DNA of 52,093 bases from Mitosporidium daphniae (lineage: Eukaryota), in assembly GCF_000760515.2 (NCBI RefSeq), contig NW_013546600.1, positions 1 through 52,093 of the forward strand. The letters are read 5' to 3'. The notes beneath the pieces are model-generated. The model was given only the letters and a program-made list of their open reading frames with translations, made no database searches and had not been told where the DNA came from. Shown here piece after piece: positions 34,175-45,224 of the stretch. Made by a program: the position numbers and the translations under genes. Each line of letters opens with the position of its first letter. Position 1 is the stretch's first letter.

Positions 34175-36763
34175 TCATGCTACTACTAAGAGAAGCAAGG
34201 AAATGGCGGCTGAAAATGCTTCAAATCGACCAAAATGCCAAGCAGAGGCTGAATTAGCTTCGGGGCTAGCGATATTCTGATTGGCCGGATCTGGGTTTTT
34301 GTCAATAGCATTGTTGTTAACGCTCTGAAAATAAGAGAGAGAATGCATGTTTGATTCCTTATATCTACTACTGTGAGTATTTTTTCGATCGCCATTTCCA
34401 TTATTCCCAAATATTATCCACAGTATGTATGCAGCTGAAATTGAAGCTCCGATGTAAAATAGCGGAAATATAACGAATGAATGGAGGAATATGAAAGACT
34501 GATAGATACCATATGTAATTCCTACCATGTGTTGACGGCGATTGTGATGAATCAACCCCAATAATGACAAAATAATGATTAAACCCAAGAAAAGCTCTAT
34601 ATTGAAAAAGAACGTAATTTTGCTGAAACTGAAAGTGAAATGATTTGGAACACTATTGGGATCATTTTTAACTTTGAAATTTTCAAGTAAATCAAAGGCT
34701 TTTTTTATAGATGAAGTAAGATTACTTTGAAGTTTTTCATGATCTTTGATAAGATTCAAGATGTCCGTATAATGGGTGATTTCTGGAAGTTTTTGGGGAT
34801 CACTACTAATGGCATTGGCGACATTACTTGGAAAAGAAATCACCTCATAAACCCATCTTAGCTGGTATTCAGCACTTGAGAGAATAGCGTAGCTGGTGTC
34901 AAGAACAAGAAGATCAGATAAAACAGCAGTCTGATTGCAATTCTTAAAATTAGCAGCTAAATCTTGAATTTTTTTCGTAGGCACAACATGTTTGCACTGT
35001 GTGATTATTTTCTCCATTGGTACGATTGCTGAAGAAAGCTTCAAAAAAGACGCTTCGGCCAGAGAAAGTTCTTCAACCTTCATATTCAAAAAACGACTCA
35101 GATTTTCCAAGTCCAAAAGATTCAGGTTTTTGTGATCCACTGCATTCTTGATATTCTTTTCCATCTGCTTGAAAAGGGTAGAAAATGCTTCATCGAATAT
35201 TTTGGGCAATTTATTTTCTTCCTCGTTGAAGGTTTTCTCAGAAGTTTCGATTAACGCTTTTATATTTGTAGAAAAGGAATTTTTGAATTTTGAAATTTTA
35301 TCCAAAATTCCCTCGAGCTCTTTGGATTTCTCAATCAAAGAATTAGGATATTCACTCCCATTAAATTTTGCATATGAGTCTTTAGTAGACATCAAATCTG
35401 TCAAATCGCGGGCAATGTTGCGTTCTCGAGCATACAAATTTAGAGAATTATGATAGCCGGTCATATCGGTCGCGTATTTGGTTTCTAGATCCTTAGATAT
35501 ACGCTCCAAATTAGCGATTAAAGAAGATATGTTGGAAATATAAGTTTGCATAATAGGAATGGGCGGGGTTGTCTGAGAAAGATTCTTAAAAATAGACCCG
35601 TAGCCATTCGCATGCAATGAAAGATTTTCAACCTTGGGTTTTAGCTTGCTAAAATCGTCTTTCGCGGTGTCATCATTTTGGGGATGAGGCTTAAGATCCG
35701 AACTATCTAATAACAGAGCAGCGGTTTCGACAATCTTACTGAACTCTTCCTTATAAGCAGCATTAAAAGAATCAAAATTTTTTCTGACGAAATCTGTATA
35801 GTCGAGAAACCGAATCAAACGGCTACATTTTAAATCTTTTATACTGGATTGAAACGTGGAATTGAAAAAAGGACCAATAAAGGAAAGCGTTTTGTTCAAC
35901 TGCTTTGCTTTAGTAACAGATTGTGTAAAGTTTTTGGGATATTCTGCATCACAAAAGACCAGCAGTTGAGAAATAGTTTCGTTGATTCTTTTTTCAAGTT
36001 TTTTAAAATCTTCAAAAATTCCATTTCGAACATCCTTGATATTTTTTTCAACTTTTTCAAAGATATTGGTAAAATTATTGTTTTGAATATGTAACAGAGG
36101 TGTCACATCATCAAATGAAGGTATAAATTCATCTCGATTGAACTTATTATTGGGGCTTTTAGGCATATTGCAAAGCTCGATAGCATGAAACATAATCTTA
36201 CTCAAAATAATTAACTCATTCCAATTGGAAACTAACTCGTCTTTAGGATCAATATTAGAAAGGTTAAATACAGGCTGAGTAAAGATATTGTCTTTCCAAT
36301 TCTTGACTTGTTCAATTATATGTGCGGTATCGTTAGTTAAGGCATACATATCTGACATATTTTTGGTTATTTGTATTATACGTGTAGAATTGATCGATTC
36401 TTGAACTTTAGTGGGGGTTTCATCTGAAGGTTTCTTGGTGTAGACCAAGACGTGAACATAGGACTTGATAATTGAATCGAGCGCAGAAATGGGGTTATTT
36501 TTTAGATCATTTTCGGCTGAAGATTTCATGTTTTTAATTTCCTTTGATTTTATTGGATTAGTAGAGAAATTTTTATCATTTAAGCTGGAATCAACCAGGC
36601 CCGCAACTCGTTTAAAAAGGTCTGGAATTGGGTCGACATCATTTTTCTTTAAAAGTAAACGGTAGATATATAAATCGGAATTTTGATCCGGATTTTGATC
36701 GCATCGCATAAAAGATATGGCTACCAGCAACAAGAAAGCAGATAGAAAGGTTAAAAAATGCAT
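34175..36763 (-). CDS. Orphan 862-aa secreted / membrane-anchored helical protein
   Basis: Intronless long ORF with a signal peptide (MHFLTFLSAFLLLVAISFMRC), an N/K/S/I-rich helical body, 2-3 hydrophobic segments near residues 715-790 and a hydrophobic C-terminal tail. No family recognised. Confidence 0.85.
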   Translation of the reverse strand: MHFLTFLSAFLLLVAISFMRCDQNPDQNSDLYIYRLLLKKNDVDPIPDLFKRVAGLVDSSLNDKNFSTNPIKSKEIKNMKSSAENDLKNNPISALDSIIKSYVHVLVYTKKPSDETPTKVQESINSTRIIQITKNMSDMYALTNDTAHIIEQVKNWKDNIFTQPVFNLSNIDPKDELVSNWNELIILSKIMFHAIELCNMPKSPNNKFNRDEFIPSFDDVTPLLHIQNNNFTNIFEKVEKNIKDVRNGIFEDFKKLEKRINETISQLLVFCDAEYPKNFTQSVTKAKQLNKTLSFIGPFFNSTFQSSIKDLKCSRLIRFLDYTDFVRKNFDSFNAAYKEEFSKIVETAALLLDSSDLKPHPQNDDTAKDDFSKLKPKVENLSLHANGYGSIFKNLSQTTPPIPIMQTYISNISSLIANLERISKDLETKYATDMTGYHNSLNLYARERNIARDLTDLMSTKDSYAKFNGSEYPNSLIEKSKELEGILDKISKFKNSFSTNIKALIETSEKTFNEEENKLPKIFDEAFSTLFKQMEKNIKNAVDHKNLNLLDLENLSRFLNMKVEELSLAEASFLKLSSAIVPMEKIITQCKHVVPTKKIQDLAANFKNCNQTAVLSDLLVLDTSYAILSSAEYQLRWVYEVISFPSNVANAISSDPQKLPEITHYTDILNLIKDHEKLQSNLTSSIKKAFDLLENFKVKNDPNSVPNHFTFSFSKITFFFNIELFLGLIIILSLLGLIHHNRRQHMVGITYGIYQSFIFLHSFVIFPLFYIGASISAAYILWIIFGNNGNGDRKNTHSSRYKESNMHSLSYFQSVNNNAIDKNPDPANQNIASPEANSASAWHFGRFEAFSAAISLLLLVVA

Positions 36764-37393
36764 AAAAAAAATATAACATCAAATCCAACACATATTCGCA
36801 CACATAACCAATCAACCCTAAATGTTATCAGGAAACACCAATAGAAACAAAGTGTTAATTTAAGCTGTATCACCAATGGTTTAAAATAAAATTAGCACAT
36901 GAACTAACCAATACCATGAATTTCGAAAGCTTGACTTCTTCCAGAGCCTGCAGCTTCATCACTAATTTCAGGCTTACTTGCTATAAACAGCTTACATCCT
37001 GATTAAAAGGAAAAATAAGTAAAATGGATTTGCTCGTGTATGGTGGTATGTATTATTGAAAGATTAAAGTAGCAAGCATTTTAATCAATTCGATTCCAAG
37101 AATAAACGTAACCCAAAAAAGAAGGAACTCACTCTTGTGGTATCTCAATGGCCTCAGATAACACATTTATTGGGTTCCTTGGTTTAAGAGTAACTTTTAA
37201 CACAGTTATGCCGGATTTAGGGTCAGGGTTTATTTAAATTTAAATAGTGATGCTCAATTGACACCTTAAAAATGTGGACAGCCCCATCAATGATTAAGCA
37301 ACCTTGGCATGTTGAAATAAATTCATGTGCAATCATTTACATTTGTGCCGCCAATTTTTAATTTGTAATCTTGGAGATTTTCCAATCATCTTT

Positions 37394-40300
37394 ATGCTTT
37401 CTTGTTCCGTCGGAGATGATGAAGCACTTGATGCCCCGCGTTCTTCATATGGCAACGAAAAACACTGTGTGCTTCATAAAATGATATTTACAAATTTCAA
37501 ATCATATGCACAAATTCAAGTAGTGGGACCTTTTGATAACGTATGCCTGCTATTTTATTTTGTATTTTTAGTCATTTACAGCCGTCGTTGGTCCCAATGG
37601 CTCTGGAAAGTCCAATATCATTGATGGTCTTCTTTTTGTATTTGGATTCAGATCTTCCAAGCTCCGGCAGCCTAAAGCAATCGACTTGATTCATTGCTCT
37701 GAAGAGTACCCGGTTCTTCCTTTTTGCTCAGTCAAGATCGTATTTCACTTATTAGATCGAAACAGTCAGTGTTTCAGCGAATTTATCGTTGAACGCAAAG
37801 TGTATCGTGATACTGGTCGCTCAGAGTATCATTTGAATGGCACTGTTCGGTCTCTTTCTGAAATCACACGCATCATGCAGCACGATCTTGGCATTGACTT
37901 ATCGCACCATCGATGGCTAATTTTGCAAGGGGAGGTTGAGTCAATTTCAATGATGAAGCCACGTTCGTTTTCCAGCTCTCCAAACGAAGAGGGGCTGCTA
38001 GAATATTTGGAGGATATCATTGGCTCATCTGCTCTTCTTCCAGAAATAGAAAATTGCGAATCTTTGTGGAACGCCGCATCTGTAGAGTCGAATATTGCGC
38101 AGGAAAAGTTGCAGCTCGCCGAAGCAGAGGTGCAAGCAATGCGGCCTGCAGCGGATGAGGCATTACAGAGCATCTCTCGATTTAACGAGGTCCAAACCAA
38201 ACGAATTGCAATCATGAAATCTTTGTTGCAGCAGTTGCACGATTCTCAAAAGCGGTTACACGAACAAACAGAAAAAATGCATAAAAAGCAAACGACCCTT
38301 TCCACTGAGATTGAGGCGAAAAAAAATCAGATTTCAGAACATCGGTCCCGGCGCTTGAAAGAGGAAAACGAGAGAAGATCAGTACAAAATTTTATTCATT
38401 TGGAAAAAGGGAAATTAGAGCAAACAGAACGATCCGTGTTAAGGCAAAGGGAGCGCCATGCGCTTACAAAGACAGCCCTCGACCAAGCGGATCGGAATCA
38501 TGCCAAGATGCTGCAGAAACAAAAAGAGGCTGCCAACGCAGCTGAGGATGCAAAGGAAATTCCAGAAACCATTTCCAAGCTTCAATTGGAGCTAGAAAAG
38601 CAGCGAAACCTTTTGACTCCAGAGGTCATTAAAAAAGAAGATTTAGTTGCTCTTCGTCGCGAACGAGCCGTTGTTTTCAAACAGCTTCAAGACATTGAAG
38701 TTTTGGAAAACGAAAAGATCTCACTGAAAAATGAAATGGATGCCATCTCTATAGACCGAAATTTACTCAATCAGAAAGAAAATGATGTAAAAGGGGAGCA
38801 TGAGGCCCTCACGAGATCTCTCCCAGATCTCTCCGTATTGGTTTCTTCTAAAGAACATGCAGTTATGGAACTTGCCGCGGAAATTGGCAATAATACTGAT
38901 GATGTGGTGGAGGGCGATATGAGGTCTTTGGAATCTATCATCTCCTCGATGCCTGGGGTTATTGGACGTCTCGGCGACTTGCTCTCGCTTTCTTCTGATC
39001 AGTATTCCATTGCATTTGAGCGGGCAGCGGGAGGTATTCTTGATAATTGGGTAGTGGAGAGTGGAGCTGATGGCCAGCGTTGTATTGATGAGTTGAGGCG
39101 TGGGCAGCTTGGTCGGGCTACCTTTGTGGTACTTTCAGAGCTACCAAAAGCCCCAAACTCGGCCTCAAATTATCCCGGAAAAGAGGACCGCTCTGTGATC
39201 CGTCTTTTTGATGTGGTCAAGCCACTCCAATCGAGGTTCACACCTTTGGCGTATTATGCTGTGCGTGGAGAAACCCTTGTGGCGCCCACACTGGATATTG
39301 GCACACATATTGCATTTGGAACTTCTCAGAGATACCGTGTAGTCACCATGAGCGGGGAACTCATTGAGCCTTCTGGGGCCATGAGTAGTGGTGGGAATGG
39401 GGCCCCAAAAAGAAAAAAGCAGCCATCTGCCTCAATGCATCATCAGCGGCAGGAATTAGCCAAACGGCGTCAAGAGCTTGAGCAGTCACAAGTGCTTCTT
39501 TTGGAGGCTACGCAGCGGATTGAAGCCATTGTTGGGGTTGAGCTTCCTGCGCTCAAGCAGCGCCTCGCCTCCATGCATGCGCGAGAAAAGGTCCTTTTAT
39601 TACGCATGGAGGCTATCAAGAACGAGATATCCCCAAATAGTGGAAAGGATTTGCTCGTTTCTCGATTGGCTAAAATTGAGGTAGAACTAAGTGCCCATCA
39701 AAAGCAGGATCCACAACTTGAACTTGTTCTTGATCTAGAAGAACGTCTTCGCGAATTAGAGGCTCGCAAGCGAGATAGCAATCCCACCGCTCAAATGCAT
39801 GTTGCTGAACAAGCATTACAAGATGCAGCGAACTCCCTAGAAGCTGCTCGCCAGACGGAGCGGACATCGTTTGGATTACTTGTTGAAATGGAAGAAAAAC
39901 TTTCGTTGGCTAAGCAAAAGCTTGATGCGATAGAGCAAAAAGAGCGTGCTCATATACCTGCTCTCTCCTCTTCAAAAAGCGAGGAGGAAAAGTTAGAGTC
40001 AGCTTTGGCTAAAATAGAGGAGCATTTTGAAGATCTTGTTCAATCTCTAAGCGCCGCTCGTTCCGAAATAATAGAGCTGGGAAAGAAGAGCGAGCGCATG
40101 ACAGAGCTGCTTAGTTCTTCTGTTTGGGTTGTGGATCCTGAGCGTCCGTCTGAGCGGCTCTATTATTCGGAAAAGTCGTTTCCATTCCCTCTGGATCAAT
40201 TACACTGCTCGGATGAAGCCATGTTATCGCAGCTAGAGCGGCAGGCCGGCACCATTTGGCGTACGTCGGCCTTGATTAAGACATTGCCCATGTCGCTTTC

Positions 40301-41114
40301 CTTTATCTATTTTCGTCGCCTTAGCTTTTATTTTCTACGCTTGCTTCTGTCCTTGAATTTATCTTACTTGTTTAGAGACCTCGTTTGCGGGGGTGCTATC
40401 TGCTTGGAATGCACGAAGAGAGGCGGTCCAAGATGCTAGTGCGCTAGCACAAGCAGCCTTTCAGGCTAAGGAGGCGGCTTGGATGGCATTTGATGTCGCT
40501 AAACGCGCCAGGCTCGATCTTTTCATGTCAGGCTTCAGAGAAATCTCTGACTGCCTCAAGTCTATTTATCAAATGATCACACTCGGGGGCAATGCCGAGC
40601 TCGAATTGGTTGACTCGCTTGACCCCTTCTCTGAAGGTGTGCTCTTCTCAGTAATGCCACCCAAGAAGGCCTGGAAGAACATTTCTCAGCTCTCTGGCGG
40701 CGAAAAGGTATCCACTTGTTTCCGTTTGTTTTTCTTTATTGTTTATGTTGGCACTTGTTGCCCAATGTTTTTATTTCTCGATTTCACCGCATTTTCACTG
40801 TTCTCGCATTCCCGTCTATATTGAAAAGCACCATGTTCTCATGTTAGACGTTGAGCTCGCTTGCATTGATTTTTGCATTGCATGCGTTCAAGCCAACCCC
40901 CTTCTACGTGATGGATGAAATCGATGCCGCCCTGGACTTTCGCAATGTTTCGATCATTGCCAACTTTATTAAGCAAAAAACACAAAATTCACAGTTCATC
41001 GTTGTGTCGCTCAGAAATAGCATGTTTGAAGCCGCAAATGTCCTTGTAGGTGTTTACAAGACACTTAATTGTACACAATCGATAACGGTGCAGCGCGCGC
41101 TTGTTGACATGTAG
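37394..41114 (+). CDS. SMC4: Condensin subunit Smc4 (~1144 aa)
   Basis: NFKSYA, VVGPNGSGKSNIIDGLLFVFGFRS, ILQGEVESISMMKP, hinge GRLGDL/GRATFVVL, ELELVDSLDPFSEG, LSGGEKTLSSLAL, PFYVMDEIDAALD. Introns at 37541-37571, 40261-40375 and 40708-40847. Confidence 0.96.
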
Positions 41115-41356
41115 CGTGGAGGGCGTATAGCTGAATATATTCAAATTCCGGAGACACCTCTTGCAGGAGATAATAGCTAATTTTGATGTCATTTAACGGT
41201 CCAAATTTGGGCGCACCTTTCCGGCCTTGAAATGGGGTCCACTCGGTGCATGGCTCATCAAGATGCCGGCAATCGCAGTTTGTAGTAAAAAATTCGGCAT
41301 TTGCATGAGCGCAAGCCTGAAGTTTACACGACAAATTAAATTTTGTTTTTATTTCA

Positions 41357-42986
<1,630 letters not shown>

Positions 42987-43086
42987 ATTACTTCATTTAA
43001 ACTAACTCGCTCACTTCACGGATTTTTAAACTAAACAGCTCAATAAGAAGGGGACTTGAAAACTATGGGACTTGAAGAATAACAAT

Positions 43087-43211
43087 GCGCTCAGACAAAA
43101 CACTGGCTTAGCCGCCATCCGAAGAAGGCGGCATCCGTGGCTTTCATCATGGACGATAAGCCTGGGGCACGGTATCGAGTTGTCATCAGTGCTGTAGATA
43201 TCATCATCCAA
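43087..43211 (-). ncRNA. Candidate box C/D snoRNA-like RNA
   Basis: Minus strand: ATGATGA (C, 43207-43201), CTGA (D', 43189-43186), ATGATGA (C', 43150-43144), hairpin GCCGCCTTC-TTCG-GATGGCGGC (43132-43111), CTGA (D, 43094-43091). Lies in a non-coding spacer. Confidence 0.55.
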
Positions 43212-43290
43212 AGGATGGCGATGAAAGTTTAATTTTCATTTCTGTTTTAAAATTAATTTTTTTATTTCCACTTGTGGGATCGTCTTTTCC

Positions 43291-44081
43291 ATGCGAGTGA
43301 CACGAACCAAGCGGTGCAAGCGGCTCATCTCCTTTTATATGAAGACATTCGGATTCAGATATCCCTTTCAGGCAATTGTAGACCCCGAGTTTATCCAGGC
43401 CTCAATTGTATCCAAGGTGCGGCTTGAACATGGCGTGCCAGAGCTACTAACCGGTCCTGCCAAGCTTAGTACGAAATATAATCTCATCATCAATAGTGAT
43501 CACCGGGTGTACTATTCATGAGCTACGAAGCCTTGGCGATCGATATTACGGGGCACTCTTCATGTCCAAATCTTTTGAGCGCATTCGTAATTGCAAACAT
43601 GCTCCCGGCTCTGTGTCCTCGCTCGATTGCATTCGGGAGCAAATCGGTAGCATGCGGCAACGTCTTTATTGTTTTAGGATCGGCTAACAAGCACAAATAT
43701 GTTGTTTGCTCGCAAGACACGGCCTTTCTTCAAGAGCTCAGTACACTTGGAGGTGTACCTACCATTCACATCTACAAAGGCGTTTTACAACTCGACCCCA
43801 TTTCCAGTGCTTCAAAAGCATTGAAGGAAGAAAAAGAGGCGCAGAAAGATAAGCTTACCAAGGCTGAAAGAAGGGAAATCGCTACTTTGATAAATCAGCC
43901 AGACCCCACTGATGTGCCCCAAAAAAGGGTAAAGAGGAAAATAGTGAAGGGCCCAAACCCACTTTCCGTCAAAAAAAGGAAAGCCTTGGTAGGAAGAAAT
44001 TCGGAGGCGTTACCAACGGCGGAACAACAGAGGCCAATTCGCAAAAGAAAAAGAAAGCCCTCAACCAAGGAGGATGTATAA
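43291..44081 (+). CDS. UTP23: rRNA-processing PIN-domain protein Utp23
   Basis: MRVTRTKRCKRLISFYMKTFGFRYPFQAIVD, ITGCTIHEL, FERIRNCKH, NKHKYVVCSQD, KGPNPLSVKKRK; two introns. Confidence 0.93.
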
Positions 44082-44212
44082 TTTGGCACTTTAGTGGGCA
44101 ACATAAATTATTCTCAAACGCGGATACACTCCCTAACCCTAGGGTTGGGACAGAACAGGCTACAAAGGTCAATTAAATTTATTTAACGGCATATAAATTT
44201 TCAGTTTTACCA

Positions 44213-44386
44213 ATGGCTCGCTTCCTGTTTGGCTTTGTTACCGGGCTTTGCTCTGGCCTTTATTGCGCGCAGAATTACGATACGCCCGATGTTAGGACGC
44301 TCATATCAACACTCATGAAAAAGGTTCAGGACCTTGAGAAGGAGAATCGGAAGCACGATGACGACGGCCGCGGCGGCCCCAAGTAG
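44213..44386 (+). CDS. STMP1: STMP1/C7orf73-like short transmembrane mitochondrial micropeptide (57 aa)
   Basis: MARFLFGFVTGLCSGLYCAQNYDTPDVRTLISTLMKKVQDLEKENRKHDDDGRGGPK; the FxxGFxxG...GxYxAQNYDxP motif is diagnostic. Below the ORF-track cutoff. Confidence 0.85.
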   Translation: MARFLFGFVTGLCSGLYCAQNYDTPDVRTLISTLMKKVQDLEKENRKHDDDGRGGPK

Positions 44387-44484
44387 CCCGCCTCGATGTA
44401 TTATAATACGACACACTAATAATTAAACCGTAGAACCAAACCAAACCAACCCTAACACTAACCCAGACCCTTTTTATACACCCC

Positions 44485-45012
44485 ATGTGTTTTCCCGTCA
44501 GCTCGGTCTCTAGAAGGTCGTTCGTGACACTGTCTCAGTCCCCACCAAAGTCGTTTCATATCCATCCGCAAAAGTTTAGGCAGCGAGTGATTTTGAGCGA
44601 TGGCTCTCAAATAGAGTGGAACTGCCTCTGCCCACAAAGCGATGTTCTCACACTGATCCAAGATTCAATTGTACATCCCTCATGGAACTCCACTAAGCTG
44701 AGCCATCAGCGTCTTCTTTTAGATTCCTTTGGATCGGTCTCGAAATTCCACAAAAAATTCATTGCGGCCAAAAACCAAGATGCTTCCACACCTGCGTCCC
44801 AGAAAAGCCCGAAAGACCCTACTGCCAAACACATGCCAGCGTCGGATGTATGGCAGGCGCTGGAGAACACTTTTGCAGCTCTGGGCGAAACAACAAAATC
44901 CAGCCGTACTGGACGTCTTGAGCGGGAGGCCATGGTTGATCCGGATGAAGAACGGAAGCTGGCCGCCATTGCCGCCTCCAACCAGAAGAAAAAGGCCCAG
45001 AAAAAGAAATGA
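44485..45012 (+). CDS. MRPL36: Mitochondrial ribosomal protein bL31m (yeast MRPL36-like)
   Basis: Presequence-like N-terminus (SSVSRRSFVTL); FRQRVILSDGS...LIQDSIVHPSWN...GSVSKFHKKF matches the fungal bL31m pattern. Confidence 0.75.
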   Translation: MCFPVSSVSRRSFVTLSQSPPKSFHIHPQKFRQRVILSDGSQIEWNCLCPQSDVLTLIQDSIVHPSWNSTKLSHQRLLLDSFGSVSKFHKKFIAAKNQDASTPASQKSPKDPTAKHMPASDVWQALENTFAALGETTKSSRTGRLEREAMVDPDEERKLAAIAASNQKKKAQKKK

Positions 45013-45053
45013 TTTATCGATTAAGATGGAAGCTGGGGTGATTCAAAGTAAAG

Positions 45054-45146
45054 ATCGAAACGTGTGCCAAAAGCGCGATCCCATAAACGTCGAAATGTGT
45101 GCCAAAAGCGTCATCCCATAAACATCGAAACGGGTTCCAAAAGCGT
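45054..45146. repeat. 35-bp minisatellite, about 2.7 copies
   Basis: atcgaaacgtgtgccaaaagcgcgatcccataaac / gtcgaaatgtgtgccaaaagcgtcatcccataaac / atcgaaacgggttccaaaagcgt. Confidence 0.9.
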
Positions 45147-45224
45147 AGCTTTATGGTGGACCTATAAATATTTATTTGTTGAAAAGACGATGGCATTGCA
45201 GGGTCTTTAATTTATTAACAGATC

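Noticed and set aside
41215..41262. Hammerhead or SRP helix-8 resemblance on the minus strand (UUGAUGAGCC...GGCCGGAAAGG)
   Set aside because: The core does not match CUGANGA...GAAA spacing, and the SRP AGCAG motif is missing.
43190..43215. U3 snoRNA box A resemblance (GAUGAUAUCUACAG)
   Set aside because: Lacks the GGAUCA needed to pair with 18S UGAUCC, and no box B was found; kept only as a generic C/D candidate.
45054..45146. CRISPR-like array
   Set aside because: Contiguous tandem units without unique spacers, eukaryotic context and no cas genes.
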